NCBI GenBank assembly: GCA_964447105.1
Contig: CAYURH010000002.1
Span: forward strand, 845-64,844
Length of the DNA stretch: 64,000 nt
Direction of reading: 5' to 3'
Source of the DNA: an uncultured Candidatus Saccharibacteria bacterium
GTDB lineage: Bacteria > Patescibacteriota > Saccharimonadia > Saccharimonadales > EFPC-124
Shown here: piece after piece, positions 28,125-37,724 of the stretch
How positions within the stretch are numbered: position 1 is the stretch's first letter
Layout of the letters: each line of letters begins with the position of its first letter
Translations under genes and position numbers: made by a program
The notes under the pieces: model-generated
What the model was told of the DNA's origin: nothing
The model's input: the letters and a program-made list of their open reading frames with translations, nothing else
Databases searched by the model: none

Positions 28125-28516
28125 TAGGGTATAGAAACGATTCCGGTTACGTGGCGCTTCTCTCAGTTCTGATTGTCGGCGCTGTGGCGCTGGCGATAGG
28201 CGTGGCTATGCTGGTGAGCGGCACCGACAGCCAACGTGAAGTATTGGTCGCCCAGCAGAGCACACAAGCGCGGAACTTAGCAACCGCCTGTGGCGAAGAG
28301 GGCCTGCAACAAATTCACGACAACACTGCTTTCACCGGCACCAACAACATAACGCTCGGTCAAGGTACGTGTACATACACCGTTGCCAACACCGGCGCAT
28401 CGACACGCACGGTTGATGCCACAGGTACAGTAAATGGTGTTGTAAGACGCATAAAAATCTATGTTACAATTAACGTATCAAGCTTAAGTATTACATCCTG
28501 GCAAGATGTACTCTAA
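28121..28516 (+). CDS. minor pilin-like protein (PilX/GspK-type hydrophobic N-terminal helix)
   Basis: N-terminal GYVALLSVLIVGAVALAIG; ATGA overlap with the upstream gene; no canonical G|FxxxE. Confidence 0.55.
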   Translation: MIGYRNDSGYVALLSVLIVGAVALAIGVAMLVSGTDSQREVLVAQQSTQARNLATACGEEGLQQIHDNTAFTGTNNITLGQGTCTYTVANTGASTRTVDATGTVNGVVRRIKIYVTINVSSLSITSWQDVL

Positions 28517-28544
28517 GTGTTAATACTAAATAAAGGGTGAGCAT

Positions 28545-29009
28545 ATGCAATTAGCACAAAATATTAAAAAACAAGCGGGCTTCACACTACTCGAAGTCCT
28601 ATTAGTGGTAGCAATCATAGCTATCTTGGCGGGCATCGTAATCATTGCCATCAATCCTACCAAGCAATTAGGCGACTCACGCAACTCTCAACGGTCGGCG
28701 GATGTGACGACCATACTGAATGCGATCTACCAATATTCACTCGACAACAACGGTACCCTCCCTGGCAGCATCACTACCACAGCAACTGAGATCTGTGCCA
28801 CCGGCGCCCCAAGTTGCACCAGCTTGATCGACCTCACCGTGCTAACCACGGCTGAAAAATATCTCACATCGGTTCCCAAAGACCCACAGTGCAGTAGCGT
28901 CTGCGCCACCAACGGTACAGGTTACAAAGTTTTGAAGACCGCCAATAGCCGCATTACCGTAAACGCACCATACGCCGAGCAAAGCAAAACAATTTCAGTA
29001 ACCCGCTAA
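28545..29009 (+). CDS. pilA: type IV major pilin (copy 1)
   Basis: [12 protein letters not shown]|[20 protein letters not shown]; 4 conserved Cys; SD aagggtgag. Confidence 0.85.
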   Translation: MQLAQNIKKQAGFTLLEVLLVVAIIAILAGIVIIAINPTKQLGDSRNSQRSADVTTILNAIYQYSLDNNGTLPGSITTTATEICATGAPSCTSLIDLTVLTTAEKYLTSVPKDPQCSSVCATNGTGYKVLKTANSRITVNAPYAEQSKTISVTR

Positions 29010-29024
29010 ACAAGGGCCTCTTCT

Positions 29025-29186
29025 ATGGCAACTCGCAAAAAAACTGCGACGAAATCACGGGGCCGCACAAAGACCCTCCTATCCTCAGAGACACCGCTCG
29101 CGCGAACACTCACATACATCTTCACACTCCTCTGTTTTGTGTTCCTGGCTCTGGCATACATCAATTACATGATGCCTGGCATGTAG
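29025..29186 (+). CDS. possible 53-aa tail-anchored micro-protein (below the ORF-track cutoff)
   Basis: basic N-terminus MATRKKTATKSRGRTK plus a TM YIFTLLCFVFLALAYI; weak SD only. Confidence 0.3.
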   Translation: MATRKKTATKSRGRTKTLLSSETPLARTLTYIFTLLCFVFLALAYINYMMPGM

Positions 29187-29226
29187 CTAGACACCCGCAG
29201 CTAGGTCTGGTAGCCTAAAAGGCAAC

Positions 29227-30312
29227 ATGAAGAAGCGCATCGGGATTCTCAACAGCGGCGGCGACTGCGCCGGGCTCAATGCCGTAATATCGAGCATCGT
29301 CAAAACTGGCATGCCTATGGGGTATGAATTCATCGGGTTCGAGCGGGGCTGGGAAGGCCTACTCGACCCGATGACGTATATCGACCTCACTCCCGAACGC
29401 ATTCGCGGCATTTCTCACCTGGGCGGTACTTTTTTGCGCACCGCCAACAAAGGGCGCTTCGCAGGCAAAGTAGGCTCCGGCGACATGAGCCGCATCGACC
29501 CCGACATCTTGGCCATGGCCAAACGCAATGCCGATTCGTTGGGGTTGAGCGGTCTTATCGTTATAGGCGGCGATGGCACGCTAAGCGCCGCCACGCAGTT
29601 AGCTGATTACGGGTTACGACTCGTGGGCGTGCCCAAAACCATCGACAACGATCTAGGTGCTACCGACAAAACGTTCGGTTTTTCGACCGCAGTCCAGGTA
29701 GCGGTGGACGCGCTCGACAAAATCCACACAACAGCCACATCACACGACCGTACATTTTTTGTGGAATGCATGGGGCGGCATGCGGGTTGGATTTCGTTGT
29801 TTGCCGGATTTGCGGCCAGCGCTAATGCCGTGCTCCTACCAGAATTCGACATTGACCTGGATGATTTTGTGGATTATCTTTTGCTGCGACGCCATGCCGG
29901 TAAAACATCGTCCATCGTAGTGGTGGCCGAGGGTATCAGCTTGCCCAATAAAGGCGTCAGCCAAAAACGCGGTGCAAATTCTAGCGAAATTATATTAGGT
30001 GGCGCCAGCGAACAACTCATGTACGCTATCGAAGAAAAAGCCCCGGGCGAGCTCGAAATGCGCAATGTTGTGCTGGGTCATACGCAGCGCGGTGGCAGCC
30101 CAGTGGCCCAAGACCGCATATTGGCCAAACGTTACGGCGTGGAGGCTATGCTCGCTTATGATCGCGGTGAATCCAATGTAATGGTAGCCAGCCGCAATAA
30201 TCAAATGATCACTGTGCCCATTATGGAAGCAGTGGGTCAGCTCAAACTCGTGACTCGCGACACATTAGAGTACCAAGCTGCACGACGCACTGGTATGTAT
30301 CTCAACGGCTAG
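29227..30312 (+). CDS. pfkA: 6-phosphofructokinase
   Basis: GGDCAGLN, GGDGT, PKTIDNDL, ECMGRHAGW, GHTQRGG. Confidence 0.92.
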   Translation: MKKRIGILNSGGDCAGLNAVISSIVKTGMPMGYEFIGFERGWEGLLDPMTYIDLTPERIRGISHLGGTFLRTANKGRFAGKVGSGDMSRIDPDILAMAKRNADSLGLSGLIVIGGDGTLSAATQLADYGLRLVGVPKTIDNDLGATDKTFGFSTAVQVAVDALDKIHTTATSHDRTFFVECMGRHAGWISLFAGFAASANAVLLPEFDIDLDDFVDYLLLRRHAGKTSSIVVVAEGISLPNKGVSQKRGANSSEIILGGASEQLMYAIEEKAPGELEMRNVVLGHTQRGGSPVAQDRILAKRYGVEAMLAYDRGESNVMVASRNNQMITVPIMEAVGQLKLVTRDTLEYQAARRTGMYLNG

Positions 30313-30500
30313 TAGGCTTCTTCGGCCGGCCAGCTAGTGGATACAAAATTCCGCGCACTTTTCATATCGCACCCCATATGCCGGCCATAGAGTTTTACAC
30401 ACATGTAACCATTTTTTGCTTGCCCACCATCCCGCTTATGCTACAATTAGTGCATAAACTTAACAATCGCTTCACTGTAGGCGTTTAAAAGGGCTGGGAC

Positions 30501-30974
30501 ATGCAACTTCTCAAAAAAGTACATTCTTCACAGAAAGGCTTCACACTACTCGAAGTTCTGTTAGTGGTAGCGATCATAGCTATTTTGGCAGGTATTGTGA
30601 TTATCGCTATCAATCCTACTAAGCAGTTGGGTGATTCGCGAAACTCACAGCGTTCGGCTGATGTGACGACCATATTGAATGCTGTGTATCAGTATTCGCT
30701 CGACAATAATGGTTCGCTACCGAGCACCATCACCGCAAGCGCTACCGAAATTTGTAACACAACAGGCGCCGGCTGCGCATCGCCGACAGCTATCGACTTG
30801 GGCGTGCTGACGACCAGCGAAAAATACCTAACGTCGATTCCAAAAGACCCTCAGTGCCCGAGTGTCTGCATTGCTAACGGCGCCGGATACATGATTGTTA
30901 AAACTACCAACAACCGCGTGACCGTGAGTGCGCCAGATGCCGAACAAGGCAAAACTATTTCAGTAACTCGATAA
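30501..30974 (+). CDS. pilA: type IV major pilin (copy 2, paralog of 28545..29009)
   Basis: ...SSQKG|[20 protein letters not shown]; about 63 N-terminal residues nearly identical to copy 1; same 4 Cys. Confidence 0.85.
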   Translation: MQLLKKVHSSQKGFTLLEVLLVVAIIAILAGIVIIAINPTKQLGDSRNSQRSADVTTILNAVYQYSLDNNGSLPSTITASATEICNTTGAGCASPTAIDLGVLTTSEKYLTSIPKDPQCPSVCIANGAGYMIVKTTNNRVTVSAPDAEQGKTISVTR

Positions 30975-30981
30975 CGCAATC

Positions 30982-31022
30982 ACACCAGAGCGAACAACAT
31001 GGTCGCTCTGGTGTTTTGTTTT
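30982..31022 (+). terminator. rho-independent terminator
   Basis: 12-bp stem acaccagagcga/tcgctctggtgt followed by tttgtttt. Confidence 0.65.
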
Positions 31023-31171
31023 AGCAAAATCTTAAAGAATATTAATTTTGTTAACATTTGCTAAAAAATGCAAGTAGCGATATATTGAGACCACGCCCAC
31101 AGGTCATCAAAAATCATCAGATCACTGACGATTATGTTGGTGTTTTTTTATACTCAAAAGGAGGAGTCGCG

Positions 31172-32995
31172 ATGTGCGGTATAGCAGGATTTATCGATTG
31201 GCAAGGTACCGAAGGTGCTGCGCCAATTATCAAAAAAATGACACAGACTCTCGCGCGTCGCGGGCCCGATGGCGCCGACACGTGGGTAGGGTCGTATGCC
31301 GCGTTCGGCCACCGCCGCCTGTCTATCATCGACCTGGCGGGCGGCGCACAGCCCATGGTAGTGCTGGGCAAAAACGGCAAGCCACTCACACTCACATACA
31401 ATGGGGAATTGTACAATTACCTCGATGTGCGCCGTAAGCTACGTTCGCGCGGGCACCAGTTTGTCACCAATTCTGATACCGAAGTTATCTTGCGTGCGTA
31501 TGACGAATGGGGGATCGATTGTGTGCATCACTTCACCGGTATATTCGCGTTCGGGCTGTGGGACGACGCCAAGCGTCAGTTGTTTATGGCCCGCGATCAG
31601 CTGGGTGTAAAGCCACTATATTACTACCAGACACCACGCGGCATCGTATTTGGTAGTGAAGAAAAAGCCCTCCTCACACACCCTGACGTACCGGCGGCAC
31701 TAGACCACACAGGCCTCGCCGAGCTGTTTTGCATGGTACCCATGACCAACCCGGATGGTGCGATATTCAAAGGCATGGGCCAGCTGCGACCCGGTCACCG
31801 GATGGTGGTAAACCAAAACAGCATGCGTAAATCGTGCTACTGGAAACTCGAAGCCGTGCCGCACACTGACAATGAAGCCACTACTGTGCAAAAACTACGC
31901 GAGCTGTTTGAAAAATCCATTGAGGGGCAGCTCATGTCTGATGTACCACTGGGCGCCATCCTATCTGGCGGCGTTGACTCTAGTGCTGTGGCTGCGGTGG
32001 CTGCCAAATTTTACCGCGATCAAGGCAAACAACTACCCACTTTCGATATCGACTATGATTCTGCAAACACCAGCTACGCGGCATCCGCACTGCATGTCGA
32101 CCGCGACGCGCCGTGGGCAAAAAAGGTAGCCGAATTTATCGGCACCAATCACTCCACGCACTTTGTGGCCGTGCCCGATTTGTACGAAGCACAACAAACG
32201 GTGCTAGACGCATGGGGCCGGCCTACGTATTCGCCCGTAAATGTGTCGCTCCACCTCCTCTTTAAATATATCCGCTCCACCGGTGTACGCGTAGTGCTAG
32301 GTGGCGAAGGTGCCGACGAAGCAGTGGCCGGCTACCGCTGGTGGCGCGACCCAGAAGACGTGGATTACGATGGCTATCCCTGGCATCGCACCTACCGCGA
32401 AGCCAGCTACCTGTTGCGACCCGAACAACGCAAGCTGATCAACCCAGCAGCATACATCCGCGATAGTTACACGGCAGCCGTAGCTGAAATCCCGGTGCTG
32501 GAAGGTGAGGACAAGCATGAGACTCGCATGCGCCGCATATCATGGCTCACGTATATGTATTACCTCAATTTCCTCCTTCACAGGGTCGACCGCATGAGTA
32601 TGGCCGCGGGCGTAGAAGCGCGCGTGCCATTCTGCGACCATCACTTCACCCAATACGCCTGGAATATTCCATGGGATATGAAAAACACCGGCGGTATGGA
32701 AAAGGGCATCTTACGCAAAGCCGTCGAAGACCTATTGCCGCACGACGTAGCCTGGCGCCGCAAAAGCGGGTACCCCGTAGCGCAAATGGAAGAATACCAG
32801 CAAGCCATCTGGAATAGCATGCGGTTTTTGCTCACACGCGACGAGCCTCTGTGGAGCATAGTGGATCGCAAAGCGGTGCAGCGCATAATCGACGAAGAAG
32901 AGGGCAACATCGCCGAATGGACATGGCTCAACCACATCTCGTATCTGCTCGAAATGAATACGTGGTGGAAACAGTGGGATATCAAACTTCAATAG
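31172..32995 (+). CDS. asnB: asparagine synthase (glutamine-hydrolysing) family amidotransferase
   Basis: start at MCGIAGF (catalytic Cys2) with SD aaaggagga; PP-loop SGGVDSS. Confidence 0.88.
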   Translation: MCGIAGFIDWQGTEGAAPIIKKMTQTLARRGPDGADTWVGSYAAFGHRRLSIIDLAGGAQPMVVLGKNGKPLTLTYNGELYNYLDVRRKLRSRGHQFVTNSDTEVILRAYDEWGIDCVHHFTGIFAFGLWDDAKRQLFMARDQLGVKPLYYYQTPRGIVFGSEEKALLTHPDVPAALDHTGLAELFCMVPMTNPDGAIFKGMGQLRPGHRMVVNQNSMRKSCYWKLEAVPHTDNEATTVQKLRELFEKSIEGQLMSDVPLGAILSGGVDSSAVAAVAAKFYRDQGKQLPTFDIDYDSANTSYAASALHVDRDAPWAKKVAEFIGTNHSTHFVAVPDLYEAQQTVLDAWGRPTYSPVNVSLHLLFKYIRSTGVRVVLGGEGADEAVAGYRWWRDPEDVDYDGYPWHRTYREASYLLRPEQRKLINPAAYIRDSYTAAVAEIPVLEGEDKHETRMRRISWLTYMYYLNFLLHRVDRMSMAAGVEARVPFCDHHFTQYAWNIPWDMKNTGGMEKGILRKAVEDLLPHDVAWRRKSGYPVAQMEEYQQAIWNSMRFLLTRDEPLWSIVDRKAVQRIIDEEEGNIAEWTWLNHISYLLEMNTWWKQWDIKLQ

Positions 32996-33108
32996 ACTCC
33001 TATTCGCTCACCAAACTTTCAAATCGTGCTCTGCCGTCAATTTGTTAAACATACTTTCAGGCCAACCCACATCATGGTACTATTACGTGAGCAAAATAAT
33101 TACTAGAC

Positions 33109-34227
33109 ATGGCATTAAGTAAGAATAAGCACGATCCAATGAAGATTATACTATGCTGCAGGGAATGGGGGGGTAGTACCGGTAGATATGCGCGTACATT
33201 GGTAAATTACTTGCAAGATTTAGACAATACAAATGAATACGTCGTGCTTCTTTCGCCTGACGATTATGACACGTGGTTACCGCAAAATAAAAACTTCACA
33301 AAAATGCTTTGCCCTTATAAAGACTATTCTTTTAGCGAACAAACTGGTCTAAAAAAAATGCTAGATGCCATGAAACCCGATTTGGTGCACTTTACAATGA
33401 CTCAACAACCAATCTTCTTTCAGGGTAAAACTGTGACCACTATGCACGATCTAACAATATTGAGGTTTGACAACCCATCAAAAAATAAAATAATATACAC
33501 CTTTAAGAAGATAATCTACAGATTCGTTTGTTATGCAGTGGCAAAAAAATCAGTTCGCATTATTACACCTACATCTTATGTTAAGACCGATATCGCTACG
33601 TGCACAGGAGTAAAAGAATCAAAAATTAAGGTCATTTCTGAGGGAGCAAGTTTTATTAGCAACCCGGCACGCAGCATTGACGACCTACGAAATAAAAATT
33701 TTATCATGTATGTCGGTAGGCCAAATCCGCACAAAAACCTTGAAAATCTAATTCGGGCTTTCGCCGTTATAGTTAAGACTTATCCCAACCTACATCTTGT
33801 ACTTGCGGGTAGCAAGGATCAATTGTATGAAAGGCTTGAAAAAAAGTACGAGCATGTCGTACCAAACATCTACTTTACTGGTTATATATCAGACAGTAGA
33901 CTTCGTTGGCTTTATGAAAACTGTGAAGCATACATATTCCCATCCCTTAGCGAAGGATTTGGCCTGCCCGGCCTCGAAGCCATGAGTCATGGTGCGCCGG
34001 TGATTAGTAGCTCGGCAACATGCCTGCCAGAAGTCTACGGCGATGCAGCTATATACTTTGACCCCCACGACACCGATGACATAAGCAACAAAATTATTAC
34101 CGTGTTGTCGAACCAGAAATTACGAAACCTTTTGGTTAAGCGAGGAAAGAAGAGAGCCAAAATGTACTCCTGGAAGCATATGGCTATAGAAACATTAAGC
34201 GTATATAAATCAGCGCTAGAAAGATAA
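33109..34227 (+). CDS. glycosyltransferase family 4 (GT-B)
   Basis: C-terminal EGFGLPGLEAMSHGAPVISS motif; low-GC segment. Confidence 0.85.
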   Translation: MALSKNKHDPMKIILCCREWGGSTGRYARTLVNYLQDLDNTNEYVVLLSPDDYDTWLPQNKNFTKMLCPYKDYSFSEQTGLKKMLDAMKPDLVHFTMTQQPIFFQGKTVTTMHDLTILRFDNPSKNKIIYTFKKIIYRFVCYAVAKKSVRIITPTSYVKTDIATCTGVKESKIKVISEGASFISNPARSIDDLRNKNFIMYVGRPNPHKNLENLIRAFAVIVKTYPNLHLVLAGSKDQLYERLEKKYEHVVPNIYFTGYISDSRLRWLYENCEAYIFPSLSEGFGLPGLEAMSHGAPVISSSATCLPEVYGDAAIYFDPHDTDDISNKIITVLSNQKLRNLLVKRGKKRAKMYSWKHMAIETLSVYKSALER

Positions 34228-34239
34228 TCCAACACAAAA

Positions 34240-34938
34240 ATGAAGAAAGCGCTAGTAACGGGAGGCTCCCGGGGTATAGGATTACAAATAGTCAGGAGGC
34301 TTTTGGCCAGAGGTTGCGCTGTCGTTGTACTTGCTCGTAGCAACCAGACAATCCCCAAAGACATTCTTGAAAAAGTTGAGTTCGTTAGTTTTGATTTGAA
34401 CCAAGTGTCTGATATCGGCGAGGTCGTAGACAATATTGGTAACGTCGACATTTTAATCAATAATGCGGCCATTTTAAACTCATTACCGTTTGATGAATAT
34501 GATCCTCTGCTGCGCGATAGATTGATTAATATTAACATCGCAGCACCTGTAGAGCTGATTACAACCTATTCTAAGTTCATGATCAAAAATGGTGGTGGCC
34601 GCATAATCAACATTTCATCTATCGCTGGGATTATTGGACAATCTGATATTTGGTATGCGATCTCCAAAGCAGCTATAATCAATGCCACTAAATCATTCTC
34701 AAAACTAATCGGACCGCATGGTATTACGATAAACGCAATCGCACCCGGGCCCGTCGCAACAGAAATGTTCTCGTTAATACCTCCTGATCGGCAGAAAAAA
34801 GTACTAGACAGAACCATCTCGGGTACCCCAGCTAGCATCAATGACATAGCACGTGTCGTAGAATGGCTGTCATTGGACGCCCCAAGTCACTTGAACGGCA
34901 TTTGTATAGACATGACTAATGGGGCGACGCTAAGATAA
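34240..34938 (+). CDS. SDR family oxidoreductase
   Basis: TGGSRGIG dinucleotide motif, NNAA, catalytic YAISK. Confidence 0.85.
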   Translation: MKKALVTGGSRGIGLQIVRRLLARGCAVVVLARSNQTIPKDILEKVEFVSFDLNQVSDIGEVVDNIGNVDILINNAAILNSLPFDEYDPLLRDRLININIAAPVELITTYSKFMIKNGGGRIINISSIAGIIGQSDIWYAISKAAIINATKSFSKLIGPHGITINAIAPGPVATEMFSLIPPDRQKKVLDRTISGTPASINDIARVVEWLSLDAPSHLNGICIDMTNGATLR

Positions 34939-34940
34939 CT

Positions 34941-35657
34941 ATGAATGCAATAATTCTTGTTGGTGGGGAAGGGGTTAGGTTGCGACCGTATACCGAAAAT
35001 ACTCCTAAGCCGATGCTAAAAGTTGGGGGCAAGCCAATTATTCATTGGCTCGTCCAACAACTTGATAAGGCCGGAGTAAACGAAATAGTTTTAATGGAAA
35101 ACTACTTGTCACACATCATTAAAGAATATTTTGATTCCTCGGTAGACATACACGCGAACATCATACATCTCACCGATAAACACTCCCATAGAGGCACCTC
35201 GGACCTTATTAAGGATGCATCAAAGTCACTAAGCCATCATGGCGAGGATATCATCATTATGGCCGGGGACACTCTGATAGATATGGATTATAGTGACTTT
35301 ACAAACTACCACACAGATGGTGGGGCGCTTATAACAATCGCTGCTAGGCGCGAAAAACTGCCTCATGGAATATTTGAATGTAACGACGACAATAAAGTAA
35401 TTCACGTTCGCGAGAAGCCATCGGTGATAATACCGACGGCTACTATGATAATCAATAGTAGTGTCGTCAAGAACGTAGACAAAAATGGCGACTTTTTCTT
35501 TAACATAGTGCCTTATATTGAATCATCGGGCGCAATCTTTGAAGTCGACGCAGAGCGGGTCATCCACATATCTGAACGACGGGACGATTTATTACTAGCA
35601 AATGAGCGTTGGCTGAAGATTCGGCAGCAAGAACACTTCAAGAGGAAGCTACAATAA
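34941..35657 (+). CDS. sugar-phosphate nucleotidyltransferase family protein
   Basis: N-terminal ILVGGEGVRLRPYT (GxGxRL signature). Confidence 0.75.
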   Translation: MNAIILVGGEGVRLRPYTENTPKPMLKVGGKPIIHWLVQQLDKAGVNEIVLMENYLSHIIKEYFDSSVDIHANIIHLTDKHSHRGTSDLIKDASKSLSHHGEDIIIMAGDTLIDMDYSDFTNYHTDGGALITIAARREKLPHGIFECNDDNKVIHVREKPSVIIPTATMIINSSVVKNVDKNGDFFFNIVPYIESSGAIFEVDAERVIHISERRDDLLLANERWLKIRQQEHFKRKLQ

Positions 35658-36899
35658 GCTAGCAGCTACTTGCTCGGCCGCGCGCCGACCGCTTTCGATA
35701 GCGCCATGCACTGTAGCGTAATTACCACTCGTCACAGTAGCCTCGCCGGCAAAAAACAGGTTGCCCAGGGGGCGAGCAAACACAGCGCGCTCCTCATTGC
35801 TCACGCCTACCGGGTGATTACTATAGGCGCCACGAATATATGGGTTGGTATCCCAACGTACCAGTAGTTGGTTTTTCAACTCTGATGAAATATCACGACC
35901 AATAATAGTACCGAGGTCACGCAGTGTTTTATGCAGCAGTGTCGTGTCATCCATAGCCACGATGGCGTCATGACGTGAGCCGCCCGCATAGCCCACCAAC
36001 ACTTTAGGGTTACTCGCGCTTTGCCACCAGCAGCTGACCGTTTGTAGTGATTCGTTTTCGCCATCAGACACATGGAACAGATGCTCAACGAGCGAACCAG
36101 TGTGGAATTCTAGCAAATACTTTACCACGCGGCCCATGCCAATGCGATTGATGGCCTGCGTCACATCGCGCGGCAGGGCAGGCACAAACCGCACGCCGTG
36201 GTGTTGCAACACGCCGATCGACACCGTGACGACCACTCGTTTGGCGCGCAATACGTCACCATTTTGGAGCGTCACTTTGGCCTGTGCCTCGCTGGTGTCT
36301 ATGGCCTCCACCACAGCCGACGTGCGGATGGCCGCACCGCTGGCCAAAAAATCCACCAACTGTCGATATCCGTGGGTGATGACATAATTCCCGCCATTGT
36401 GCTCAGTGAGTCGGCACATAGCGGTGTAGGCACCGCTATCCAATGATTCGGCGTCGCCAGCTTCATAGTCACCGGCGCTGAATTTGAGCAGTTTTACTAC
36501 GTCGTCGGTAGCGTCGCCTCGTAGTTCATCGATGAGCGCTGCAATTGACACGCCGGGGCGACCATTGGCCTCGACACGCTCTTTTAATGACGCGTACTGT
36601 TCATGTTCGGCCGCACTAATTTGATGACCATCTTTTTGCACCAGTTTCCAAAACCCGCCACGCGGCTCAGCCACAATGGTGGCCTGGCGCAGATAATCCC
36701 ATGTGACTATGTTTTTACCATGCACAAATTCGGCACCCAATTCCACAGGGTCGCCAAACTGCGTGCCGGTCTTTACGCGACCACCCACGTAATCTTGCGC
36801 TTCGACAATCAGGACACTGGTAAAGCCTTTTTGAGCTAATTCGTGCGCAGCGGTAAGTCCGGCCATGCCAGCGCCGACAATGATTACGTCGTATGTCAC
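35649..36899 (-). CDS. FAD-dependent amine oxidase family oxidoreductase
   Basis: VIIVGAGMAGLTAAHEL dinucleotide fold; C-terminal FFAGEAT flavin amine-oxidase signature. Confidence 0.8.
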   Translation of the reverse strand: MTYDVIIVGAGMAGLTAAHELAQKGFTSVLIVEAQDYVGGRVKTGTQFGDPVELGAEFVHGKNIVTWDYLRQATIVAEPRGGFWKLVQKDGHQISAAEHEQYASLKERVEANGRPGVSIAALIDELRGDATDDVVKLLKFSAGDYEAGDAESLDSGAYTAMCRLTEHNGGNYVITHGYRQLVDFLASGAAIRTSAVVEAIDTSEAQAKVTLQNGDVLRAKRVVVTVSIGVLQHHGVRFVPALPRDVTQAINRIGMGRVVKYLLEFHTGSLVEHLFHVSDGENESLQTVSCWWQSASNPKVLVGYAGGSRHDAIVAMDDTTLLHKTLRDLGTIIGRDISSELKNQLLVRWDTNPYIRGAYSNHPVGVSNEERAVFARPLGNLFFAGEATVTSGNYATVHGAIESGRRAAEQVAASLL

Positions 36900-37447
36900 G
36901 CTTTGTCTACCTCTTGCATAATGGCGTAGATTTTTTGCACAGTACGCACTATGCGGATGGTTATTTGTTTATATGTTGGCGTGCCAGCAATTTTGCTCAA
37001 ATTACTTTTGCCAATGTTGCTTGTTTCGGACGACCAAAACAAAACACCGGGGCGGTAATGCACTTCGTCTACGGCGGCTCTGGGCGCAAACTGAGCAACA
37101 ATAGTAGGCGTATCAATTTCGTGGCGCAAAAAGATCACATTGCATCTCAGCGTGTTAGCCCCGGCCCAACTTGCGGGCAGGTGAGCAATAAGATCGTGCA
37201 TTTCGGGCAAGCTGCGCACCACCACAGAAATAGTATACGAAAATGTAGTGTGCAGCGCTTTTTCGATAATCGCTTCAATATCGCGCGCGTTGGCGTGGGC
37301 GGTTTTAAAAATCACATTGCCGCTATTTATATATGTGCGCACATGCTCGAAGCCAAGTGCTTCAAAACATGTTTTCAACTCAGCCATACTCACCGGCGTA
37401 TTACCGCCCACATTAATCCCGCGCAGCAGTGCAACGTATGTTTGCAT
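36896..37447 (-). CDS. DUF1697 domain protein
   Basis: N-terminal YVALLRGINVGGN typical of DUF1697; 4-nt overlap with the downstream oxidase gene. Confidence 0.8.
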   Translation of the reverse strand: MQTYVALLRGINVGGNTPVSMAELKTCFEALGFEHVRTYINSGNVIFKTAHANARDIEAIIEKALHTTFSYTISVVVRSLPEMHDLIAHLPASWAGANTLRCNVIFLRHEIDTPTIVAQFAPRAAVDEVHYRPGVLFWSSETSNIGKSNLSKIAGTPTYKQITIRIVRTVQKIYAIMQEVDKA

Positions 37448-37724
37448 GCATTTATAATATCAAAATAAAAAGGGCGCGATTCTGATGAACCAACGCCCGT
37501 GTTTGTCCAAGCCGTGTCGCCACGCCTGGCACGGGGTCGTGCGGGTGGTGCGGTACAGATGGGAGCAAGCGAAAGCTGGAAACAATTCCAGCGACCGGCG
37601 CAAAGGCCGGTAAGCAACCAGGGTGATACATTTTCTCATCTTCCATCTTGTAGCTAGCGCTAAGCGCCTGGCAACTTCAGTTTACTTTCCCAACCTCCTT
37701 TCTCACATCACCAAACGTTGCCGT

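Noticed and set aside
37452-37646. 64-aa minus-strand ORF (MEDEKMYHPG...) in the GC-rich tail
   Set aside because: It is Pro/His/Leu-rich with no nearby SD at the right spacing. It coincides with consecutive stem-loops, so an untranslated structured region is more likely.
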